From a virus (lineage: Duplodnaviria; Caudoviricetes): 64,000 bases of DNA. Location of the stretch: positions 97-64,096 of IMG/VR virus record IMGVR_UViG_2974705165_000001. One strand, given 5' to 3'. Position numbers and translations under genes: made by a program. A model generated the notes under the pieces. It was not told the origin of the DNA, did no database searches, and saw only the letters and a list, made by a program, of their open reading frames with translations. Positions 57,401 to 64,000 of this stretch are shown here, piece by piece (positions within the stretch are counted from its first letter, which is position 1; each line of letters opens with the position of its first letter).

Positions 57401-57457
57401 TTGCCCATCTTCGGAGCGGCAGGCACACTTGCCCTTCGACAATACCAAGAAATGGAG
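57401..57457 (+). promoter_or_regulatory. Promoter with inverted repeat around -10, plus RBS
   Basis: TTGCCC-N17-CACACT; TCGGAGCGGCAGG/CTTGCCCTTCGA; AGAAATGGAG. Confidence 0.65.
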
Positions 57458-57463
57458 AACGAC

Positions 57464-58324
57464 ATGAGCTTCGCGCCCCACCTCTTCATCAGCGTCGGTG
57501 CCACTGGTGCCTTCTACACCCTCCGCGAGACCTACGAACATGAGACCTACATCCGGGGCGGAGGTCCCATGGGAGGTGCCGTGGTGAACGGTGTCTACCA
57601 GGGGCAGGTCCACCGTGAGGTCCGCTCCTTGCACCACTTCAACCTGTCCCAGAACCTGGACGAGGCCATCTCGAAGGCTGAGGCGTTCGCCGAGAGCGCC
57701 GGGCTGGAGCTCCGCTTCGACCGCGACACCCTGGGCGCAGAAATGCGCACCATCGAGCGGGCCTCCGCCGAGGCTCTCGAGCGTCGCAAGCGGGAGCAGG
57801 AGGAGCGGGAAGCGGCCTGGGCTGCAGAGCGGGAAGCGGCCCAAGCGGAGCGGCTGGCCATGCTCGCTAAGGGCATCTTCCCAGTCGGCCCCTACAGGGG
57901 CAAGGAGTTCAGGGAAGCGCCCAGGGACTACCTAACGTGGCTGGGCCGGGGCTACGAACGCTTCGAGGAGGGCTCCATCATGCGTACCCTGGGCCTCGTC
58001 GTTGCGTTGAAAGTACCAGAACTGCTGCTCCCGGAGCCGCACCCCGAGCTCCACCTGGGTGAGCCCAAGAAGCGCCTCAGCTTCCGGGTGACCGTGGTGC
58101 GTAGCGCGTACTTCGACCGCCCCGCCTATGGCTCCTACGATCGCTACGAGCGCGTATACGTGACTACGATGGTCGAGTCCGTGACCGGAGCCTGCTTGGT
58201 GGTCAAGTCGCCCAGCTTCTCAGCGGAGCCCGGTGCAGAGCTCACCATCAAGGGCACCGTGAAGGAGCACACCGAGTACAAGGGCCAGGCACAGACCGTC
58301 CTGCAGCGCGTGGTTGTTGAGTGA
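57464..58324 (+). CDS. Hypothetical protein with FxxGxYxG..YLxWL module and C-terminal OB-fold-like domain
   Basis: FPVGPYRGKEFREAPRDYLTWL; LTIKGTVKEHTEYKGQAQTVLQRV. Confidence 0.7.
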   Translation: MSFAPHLFISVGATGAFYTLRETYEHETYIRGGGPMGGAVVNGVYQGQVHREVRSLHHFNLSQNLDEAISKAEAFAESAGLELRFDRDTLGAEMRTIERASAEALERRKREQEEREAAWAAEREAAQAERLAMLAKGIFPVGPYRGKEFREAPRDYLTWLGRGYERFEEGSIMRTLGLVVALKVPELLLPEPHPELHLGEPKKRLSFRVTVVRSAYFDRPAYGSYDRYERVYVTTMVESVTGACLVVKSPSFSAEPGAELTIKGTVKEHTEYKGQAQTVLQRVVVE

Positions 58325-58329
58325 GGCTA

Positions 58330-58395
58330 TTGTCCTCTGTCGAAGTTCGTTAGATCATCTCAGCGTCGGTCGACTGGGCCGACGCAGAAATGGAG
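58330..58395 (+). promoter_or_regulatory. Promoter, leader hairpin, RBS
   Basis: TTGTCC-N17-GATCAT; GCGTCGGTC/GGCCGACGC; AGAAATGGAG. Confidence 0.65.
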
Positions 58396-58403
58396 AAACA
58401 ACG

Positions 58404-58667
58404 ATGTCCCCGAAAGAGCTCGAACGCGGCCTCCGCTTCCTGCTGAAGAAGCACAACGAGGGAGGCCGTACCAAGGTGCTGCCCCACCGCCCTCAGCGTA
58501 TCACGATCGTAATGTCCTGCCGCCCGGCGGACGGCATGGGCTTCAGCGTGGAGTTCCGCCACACGGTCGCCACCATCTCAATGTTTGACGCGGAGATCCA
58601 GGCCCACCAGGAGGCCAAGCGCCAGGGCCTGCGCCAGCCGGTCATCCTCGACAGGATCATCGAATAA
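58404..58667 (+). CDS. Small hypothetical protein (cassette gene)
   Basis: ATG 58404. Confidence 0.7.
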   Translation: MSPKELERGLRFLLKKHNEGGRTKVLPHRPQRITIVMSCRPADGMGFSVEFRHTVATISMFDAEIQAHQEAKRQGLRQPVILDRIIE

Positions 58668-58670
58668 CAG

Positions 58671-58729
58671 TTGTCGAACGTCGAAGCGGGGTCCATACTC
58701 TGCTTCGACTTCCCCAACCAGAAATGGAG
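58671..58729 (+). promoter_or_regulatory. Promoter with inverted repeat around -10, plus RBS
   Basis: TTGTCG-N17-CATACT; GTCGAAGCGGGGT-CCAT-ACTCTGCTTCGAC; AGAAATGGAG. Confidence 0.7.
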
Positions 58730-58735
58730 ACAGCG

Positions 58736-58951
58736 ATGTTCAGAGTTACTGACACAAGCCCCGCCAAAGCCAAGCTGTTCAAGACCGCCAAGATCAAGAA
58801 CCGTATCGGTTCGATGGTCGAGGACTCCTTCGTCTCTATCCGCTACCTCAGCACCGACATCCACGGCAACAATCTGTACTACGTCGTGGACGCCATGGGT
58901 CGGGAAGAGCGTGAAGTCATGGAAGGCGATCTCAAGGACTTCTGCCTGTAG
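58736..58951 (+). CDS. Small hypothetical protein (cassette gene)
   Basis: ATG 58736. Confidence 0.7.
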   Translation: MFRVTDTSPAKAKLFKTAKIKNRIGSMVEDSFVSIRYLSTDIHGNNLYYVVDAMGREEREVMEGDLKDFCL

Positions 58952-58962
58952 GAGGCACTGCC

Positions 58963-59208
58963 ATGGTGTATGAAGAATCAGCAACAATGGACGTGGAACT
59001 GGAGGACGGTACCATCGAAGTCCGTCCAGCTCAGCTGGTCTTCATGCACCAGCTGGACGGCTCTGCCCGGCTGGCCCACGCCGAGCCGGACCACTGCCTG
59101 GACACGGAGCTGGTGCTCTGGTCCATAGGCAATCCCATCCCCAAGATTGTGAAGGTAGTTCCACATGACCAAGATACCGAACCTGGAGTTCACTGTAACG
59201 CTCGTTGA
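58963..59208 (+). CDS. Small hypothetical protein
   Basis: AGGAGG RBS. Confidence 0.65.
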   Translation: MVYEESATMDVELEDGTIEVRPAQLVFMHQLDGSARLAHAEPDHCLDTELVLWSIGNPIPKIVKVVPHDQDTEPGVHCNAR

Positions 59209-59371
59209 GCCCCATCACCGCCGTGCCCTGGCCCAGCGGCTGCGCGCCGTAGCGGAGGCTCTAGAGGCCGAGGAGGCGGAGTGGGTAAGCGGTGGGGCCG
59301 TCCTGCAGCCCATGGAGGACGGGGTGTTCCGGCTCGAGTCCAACCTGGAGATCAAGATAGTTCGCAAATAG
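59165..59371 (+). CDS. Small hypothetical protein
   Basis: Overlaps the upstream gene; AAGGT RBS. Confidence 0.55.
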   Translation: MTKIPNLEFTVTLVEPHHRRALAQRLRAVAEALEAEEAEWVSGGAVLQPMEDGVFRLESNLEIKIVRK

Positions 59372-59374
59372 TTG

Positions 59375-59441
59375 TTGTCCGTCTTCGACTCTCAGGAGAG
59401 TATTCTCCTGTCGGCAACGTCGCCGACCCCAAGAAATGGAG
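59375..59441 (+). promoter_or_regulatory. Promoter with palindrome over -10, leader hairpin, RBS
   Basis: TTGTCC-N17-GAGTAT; CAGGAGA-GTAT-TCTCCTG; GTCGGC/GCCGAC; AGAAATGGAG. Confidence 0.65.
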
Positions 59442-59448
59442 AAACAAG

Positions 59449-59613
59449 ATGACCGTCATCAAATTCCCCGCCAAGTCCCACACCTACGTTGGCGAGATGA
59501 TCCGCCTGCCTCGCCCCGAAGCGAAGTTCTGGAAGGTCTACAAGATTGTGGATGGCAAGGCATACGCGAAGCCTGCAGGCTTCGGTACCGACCCGCGCGT
59601 CGCTTGCTGCTAA
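59449..59613 (+). CDS. Very small hypothetical protein (cassette gene)
   Basis: ATG 59449 after AGAAATGGAG. Confidence 0.6.
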   Translation: MTVIKFPAKSHTYVGEMIRLPRPEAKFWKVYKIVDGKAYAKPAGFGTDPRVACC

Positions 59614-59737
59614 TTCCCGATCCTGACACGCGAAGGCCCAGGGCGCTTGTCCTGGGTCGAATCCATATGGATGATTCATCCTACCCGTGGAGATCACGGG
59701 AATCATTGTGGGTGAGCCACACTACCAGGAGTCAACA

Positions 59738-60523
59738 ATGGATTTCGAATTTCAAGAAGTCGAGTCTCTCGACAACGTCCCCGAGCAGTTCCGTGGTCTC
59801 TACGCTGAGGCCGACGGCAAGTACAAGCTGAACGATACCTACAAGGGCGTTGCGGAAGCCGTGACCGGCCTCAACCGCAGTCTGAAGGCTTCCCGCGCTG
59901 AAGCCAAGGCGTTCAAGGGCAAGGCCGACCTGTCCCCTCTGGCCGAGTTCGGCGAAGACCCCGCCAGCATCGCGGAAACTGTCAAGGCCCGCCTCCAGGA
60001 GCTCGAAGGCCAGCTGGCTAACGGCGACAAGGCCAAGCTCAACGTCGACAAGATCAAAGAAGATCTCGCCAAGGCGCATTCGAAAGATCTCGAGAAGGTC
60101 ACCAAGCGTTCCGAAGCTCTGCAGACCCAGCTGTACGGCCTGCTGGTGGAGAACGCAGCTACCACCGCCATCGCTGAGCTGAAGGGCGTCCCAGAGCTGC
60201 TGATGCCGTTCGTCAAGACCCAGGTCAACGTCCTGGAAGAAGACGGCGAGTATCGCGTGTTCGTGGTCGACGGCCAGGGTGATCGCCGCTACTCCGGCGT
60301 CACTGGGCAGCCCATGTCCATCAAGGAACTGGTTGCTGAGATGAAGGCCAACGAGAAGTTCGGTCGCCTGTTCGAGAGCGAAGCTCCCCAGGGTGGCGGC
60401 ACTCCTCCGGGCCAGCGTCGCCCAGTGCAGCAGCCACGCGGTGAGATGTCCGCTACCGACAAGATCAAGGCGGGTCTGGCCAAGGGCCAAGCCGCTTCGC
60501 GTGGTGGACTGGGCCGTCGCTGA
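59738..60523 (+). CDS. Capsid scaffold protein
   Basis: AGGAG RBS, ATG 59738; VESLDNVPEQFRGLY, coiled coil, GGG/P tail; upstream of the capsid gene. Confidence 0.82.
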   Translation: MDFEFQEVESLDNVPEQFRGLYAEADGKYKLNDTYKGVAEAVTGLNRSLKASRAEAKAFKGKADLSPLAEFGEDPASIAETVKARLQELEGQLANGDKAKLNVDKIKEDLAKAHSKDLEKVTKRSEALQTQLYGLLVENAATTAIAELKGVPELLMPFVKTQVNVLEEDGEYRVFVVDGQGDRRYSGVTGQPMSIKELVAEMKANEKFGRLFESEAPQGGGTPPGQRRPVQQPRGEMSATDKIKAGLAKGQAASRGGLGRR

Positions 60524-60545
60524 TCAAGTAAGCCCCAATCGGGGC

Positions 60546-60574
60546 TTGCGCTGTTCTCTCGCCTGAGCGAGAAT
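60546..60574 (+). promoter_or_regulatory. Putative capsid promoter
   Basis: TTGCGC-N17-GAGAAT with TCTCGC/GCGAGA stem overlapping -10. Confidence 0.55.
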
Positions 60575-60711
60575 CTGCGTCACAGCGAGAAATCGGCGGC
60601 TTAGGTCGCCGGTTCCTCAAATGGCTCTCCGGAGGGTGATCCGCAGGAGGCCGAGTCCGGGTGACCCGGTTGCTACTCTTGTTATCAATCGCCAACTGAA
60701 GGAGAGATCCC

Positions 60712-61632
60712 ATGGCATCTGTAACCCTGGCCGAATCGGCCAAACTCGCTCTCGACGAGCTGGTGGCTGGCGTCATCGAAAACGTCATCACCGTGAACCG
60801 CATGTTCGAAGTCATCCCGTTCGACGGCATCTCCGGTAACGCTCTGGCGTACAACCGCGAGAACGTCCTCGGTAACGTCCAGGTTGCTGGCGTTGACGCG
60901 ACCATCACCGCCAAGGCACCGGCGACCTTCACCAAGGTCACCAGCGAACTGACCACCATCATCGGCGACGCCGAGGTGAACGGCCTGATCCAAGCCACCC
61001 GCTCCAGCGACGGCAACGACCAGACCGCTGTTCAGGTTGCGTCCAAGGCGAAGAGCTGCGGTCGTAAGTACCAGGACATGCTGATCAACGGCACCGGCGC
61101 TTCCGACGAGTTCGAAGGCATCATCAACCTCTGTGCCGAAGGCCAGAAGGTTGCCACCGGCGACAACGGCTCCGCGCTCAGCTTCGAGATCCTCGACGAG
61201 CTGATGGATCTGGTCGTCGACAAGGACGGTCAAGTCGACTACCTGACCATGCACGCTCGGACCCTGCGTTCCTACAACGCACTCCTGCGCAGCCTGGGCG
61301 GTGCGTCGATCGGCGACGTGGTCACTCTGCCTTCGGGCGCTGAAGTTCCGGCTTACCGTGGCGTGCCGATCTTCCGCAACGACTACATCCCGACCAACCA
61401 GACCAAGGGCACCGGCACCAACACCACCAGCATCTTCGCTGGTACGCTGGACGACGGCTCTCGCACCCACGGTCTGGCCGGTCTGACCGCCGAGGAAGCT
61501 GCTGGTATCCGCGTCGAAGACGTTGGTCCGGCGGAAGACAAGGACAACTACATCACTCGCGTGAAGTGGTACTGCGGTCTGGCTCTCTTCTCCGAGAAGG
61601 GCCTGGCAATGGCGGACGGTATCACCAACTAA
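60712..61632 (+). CDS. Major capsid protein
   Basis: 306 aa, strongest codon bias, followed by a terminator; YRGVPIFRNDYIP...RVKWYCGLALFS. Confidence 0.92.
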   Translation: MASVTLAESAKLALDELVAGVIENVITVNRMFEVIPFDGISGNALAYNRENVLGNVQVAGVDATITAKAPATFTKVTSELTTIIGDAEVNGLIQATRSSDGNDQTAVQVASKAKSCGRKYQDMLINGTGASDEFEGIINLCAEGQKVATGDNGSALSFEILDELMDLVVDKDGQVDYLTMHARTLRSYNALLRSLGGASIGDVVTLPSGAEVPAYRGVPIFRNDYIPTNQTKGTGTNTTSIFAGTLDDGSRTHGLAGLTAEEAAGIRVEDVGPAEDKDNYITRVKWYCGLALFSEKGLAMADGITN

Positions 61633-61667
61633 GGTGATGCCCGTTCTCCGGCAGTAGTCCATCCGAA

Positions 61668-61696
61668 GGCGGGCCAGGAAACTGGCTCGCCTTTTT
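61668..61696 (+). terminator. Rho-independent terminator after the capsid gene
   Basis: GGCGGGCCAG-GAAA-CTGGCTCGCC-TTTTT. Confidence 0.85.
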
Positions 61697-61714
61697 ACCA
61701 TCGAGGATAGAATC

Positions 61715-62164
61715 ATGAAAGTGACACGCGTATTCAAGACGGTCGGCCCGCTGGAGGGTCAGACCATCGCCCTGGCTGGGCTCCAGTTCGTTGACGGCTA
61801 TGCTACCTACCAGGGCCAGCACACTGAAGCCGACCGCCTGGGCAAGTTCCTCCACCGCAACTGGCAGGTCGTCGTAGACACCGGCGAGAAGGCCCAGGAG
61901 CTCACTCCTCCGCCCGCACCGCCTGCTCCTGAGGAAGTGCCCAACGCCAACCAGACCCTGGGCAACACCCGGCTGGCGGAAGCTCTGATGAAGCTGGATC
62001 CGGAGAAGGACGACCACTGGACCAAGCTGGACAAGCCAGCAATGTCCGCTGTCGAGCAGATCTTCGGCTCTGCTGACGTGACCCGCGCTGACGTGGAGGC
62101 TGCCATCGCAGGCTTCGATCGCAACGTGGCCCGCAAGATGGCTGCTGAAAAAGCGGCTGAGTAA
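61715..62164 (+). CDS. Hypothetical head-associated protein
   Basis: LDPEKDDHWTKLDKP...VTRADV module. Confidence 0.65.
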   Translation: MKVTRVFKTVGPLEGQTIALAGLQFVDGYATYQGQHTEADRLGKFLHRNWQVVVDTGEKAQELTPPPAPPAPEEVPNANQTLGNTRLAEALMKLDPEKDDHWTKLDKPAMSAVEQIFGSADVTRADVEAAIAGFDRNVARKMAAEKAAE

Positions 62165-62175
62165 GGAGAGCGAAG

Positions 62176-62718
62176 ATGGCCTTCAACGTCCAGAACGACA
62201 CCGGCACCATCCAGGACGCCAACGCCTATGTCTCCGTCGAGGAGTTCAAGTCGTTTCAGAGCGACCGAGGCGGCAACATCAGCGCCTTCACCGACGAGCA
62301 GATCGAGAAGGCCATCGTTCGCGCCACAGACTTCCTTGACACTCGCTACTCCTTCGTTGGAGAGCAGTGGCGACTGGAGCAGGGCACCCAGTTCCCGCGC
62401 CAGCTGGCCGACCGCCCCTTCTCGAGCTACGAGAAGGATCCTCGGAGCGGCCTGCCCCGTGCCCTGAAGCACGCTACCTGCCTGCTCGCAATGCGCTCCC
62501 TGGGCGGCGCTAAGCTCCTCCCGGACCCGACTTACAACCCTGGTGGGCAGGTGACCTCCGTGACCAAGAAGGTGGGGCCGATCGAGACCTCCACCGACTT
62601 CGCGGAACCGACCCCCGGTCAGGCCCCGGCTGCGCCGCAGTACCCGGACGTCGACCTGCTCCTGAAGAACGCCAAGCTCCTGGGCTCCTCGCTCAGCCGC
62701 CGCATCATGAGAGGTTGA
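62176..62718 (+). CDS. Head-tail adaptor (DnaT-like)
   Basis: ANAYVSVEEF, ATDFLD, FPR, KKVGPIET. Confidence 0.8.
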   Translation: MAFNVQNDTGTIQDANAYVSVEEFKSFQSDRGGNISAFTDEQIEKAIVRATDFLDTRYSFVGEQWRLEQGTQFPRQLADRPFSSYEKDPRSGLPRALKHATCLLAMRSLGGAKLLPDPTYNPGGQVTSVTKKVGPIETSTDFAEPTPGQAPAAPQYPDVDLLLKNAKLLGSSLSRRIMRG

Positions 62719-62719
62719 C

Positions 62720-63079
62720 ATGGGGCTCTACGAAGAACTGAAGGCTGACGCCGACGCCCTGCTTCAGGAGCTGGGTCAGGAAATGGTGCTGGTGCGCCCA
62801 GGGACGGGGCAGAGCCACGACCCGGTGACCGGCGCTGTCTCCAACGCACCCGACCAGCAGTTCTACGCCTTCGGTGTAGAGATCGAGTACGAAAACAAGG
62901 ACGTGGACGGCACGATCGTGAAGGTTGGCGACAAGCGTGTGATCCTCCAGGCCGTCGAGCCCATCCAGACGGGCGACCGCCTCCGGTACGGGCTCTCTAC
63001 CTCGTGGTCCATCGTTGGGTGGAAGGCCGTGGCCCCGGCTGGGCTGGCGCTGATCTACGAGCTCCAGGTGCGCCGGTAA
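62720..63079 (+). CDS. Head closure/stopper protein
   Basis: DPVTG...VDGTIVKVGD...YELQVRR; synteny. Confidence 0.75.
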   Translation: MGLYEELKADADALLQELGQEMVLVRPGTGQSHDPVTGAVSNAPDQQFYAFGVEIEYENKDVDGTIVKVGDKRVILQAVEPIQTGDRLRYGLSTSWSIVGWKAVAPAGLALIYELQVRR

Positions 63080-63477
63080 TGGCTCGCTTCGAGGATCAGG
63101 TGCGCCGGTTCGGTCGAACCACCATGGAGCGGATCGACAAGACCCGACGCGCCAGCACCCTCGAGCTGTTTCGACTGATCATCGTCGAGACTCCCGTGGA
63201 CGACGGGGTGCTTCGCAACAACTGGCGGACCCAGGTCAACGGCCCCAACACCGACTCGCTGGACTCGGAGGACCAGTCGGGCGCTCGGGCTCTGGCAGAG
63301 GCCGCTGCCAACCTGGGCGAGCTGAAGGATACCGTGTTCTTCACCAACAACCTCCCCTACGCCGAGCGTATCGAATACGACGGCTGGAGCCGGTTCAAGG
63401 CTCCCCAGGGAATGGTACGTAAGAACGTCGTCCGTTGGGACGACATAGTGGCCGCTAAGGCTCGGGAGTACATGTGA
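63079..63477 (+). CDS. Neck/tail completion protein (HK97 gp10-like)
   Basis: ATG 63079; TPVDDGVLRNNW, TNNLPYAERIEY, APQGMVR. Confidence 0.8.
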   Translation: MARFEDQVRRFGRTTMERIDKTRRASTLELFRLIIVETPVDDGVLRNNWRTQVNGPNTDSLDSEDQSGARALAEAAANLGELKDTVFFTNNLPYAERIEYDGWSRFKAPQGMVRKNVVRWDDIVAAKAREYM

Positions 63478-63887
63478 TGAGAAACAGCAATATCCGAAGC
63501 GCCCTGGTCCAAGGCTACCTCGCCGCTGGCCTAGCGCACCCGACTGCGTACGAGAACACGAAGTTCGACCAGCCCACAGACACCCCGTGGTGCTCGGTCT
63601 TTATACTGCCGAACCAGCCTCGCGTCGCCTCCCTGGGCATTGGCGGCACGGACGAGCACACCGGCATCATGCAGGTGGATGTCAACTACCCAACCGAATC
63701 GGGGATGCAAGACATTCTCGCTGACGTTGATGCGGTGGCGGACTACTTTACCGCAGGAAGGCGTCTCGTCTATAATGCCCAGGAAGTGATAGTCCGCTCT
63801 TGTGGCCGATCCCCAGGTCGAAAGGTGGATGGCTGGTATAGAATCAGTCTCACTATCGACTGGTATGCTCAAACACCTCGTTCCTAA
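63474..63887 (+). CDS. Tail terminator (DUF4128-like)
   Basis: AYEN..F..P, GIMQVDV; directly upstream of the tail tube gene. Confidence 0.78.
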   Translation: MMRNSNIRSALVQGYLAAGLAHPTAYENTKFDQPTDTPWCSVFILPNQPRVASLGIGGTDEHTGIMQVDVNYPTESGMQDILADVDAVADYFTAGRRLVYNAQEVIVRSCGRSPGRKVDGWYRISLTIDWYAQTPRS

Positions 63888-63899
63888 AGGAGAATTGTC

Positions 63900-64000
63900 A
63901 TGGCTAACGGCTCCCGCCACTCGATGCGACTCGTTCCGGAGGTCGCCTACGGCGTCACCCCCGCGAACCCCGCGTTCACGCCTATCCGCCACACCGGCAC
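63900..64000 (+). CDS. Major tail tube protein, N-terminal part (continues at the window start)
   Basis: AAGGAG RBS, ATG 63900; in frame with 3..869 through the terminal overlap. Confidence 0.88.
   Translation, partial: MANGSRHSMRLVPEVAYGVTPANPAFTPIRHTG

Noticed and set aside
63970-64000. 31 bp terminal direct repeat as a biological genome end
   Set aside because: It falls inside the major tail gene, which reads in frame across the junction. This is typical of a circular assembly overlap.
1-64000. tRNA or rRNA genes, introns, inteins
   Set aside because: No cloverleaf or T-loop pattern was seen in intergenic regions, and polymerase, TerL, NrdA and helicases are uninterrupted and of normal length. 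Not confirmed by tRNAscan.

Overview
The window is an essentially complete, circularly permuted, GC-rich tailed phage genome. Bases 63970-64000 repeat bases 1-31, giving a ~63,969 bp unit, and the major tail protein ORF reads in frame across the junction. The host is inferred to be Pseudomonas-like, from resemblance to YuA/M6/PaMx11-type siphoviruses. Nearly all genes are on the + strand. Order: tail (63.9 kb wrapping to 14.2 kb); lysis (14.2-15.7 kb); replication and nucleotide metabolism (16-36 kb: SNF2 and RecD-like helicases, putative SSB, NrdB/NrdA, PaMx11-type thymidine hypermodification cluster, family A polymerase, dCMP deaminase, RepB-like primase-helicase); accessory genes with a DNA ligase (36-49 kb); terminase/portal/minor head (49.6-54.8 kb); an island of phoH plus small genes with their own promoters (54.8-59.6 kb); scaffold, capsid and neck genes. 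The most unusual signals are non-coding: (1) two diverged ~300 bp elements in inverted orientation at near-antipodal positions (15.65-15.96 kb and 49.16-49.49 kb) that exactly bracket the non-structural half of the genome; (2) about 18 promoter-like sites TTGnnn-N16-18-VAnnnT lacking the usual -12 T, several with an inverted repeat enclosing the -10 box; (3) an extended RBS motif AGAAANGGAG at 19 non-structural gene starts; (4) a competing-hairpin leader on the lysis cassette. Product calls rest on motif recognition and synteny only; no database searches were run.
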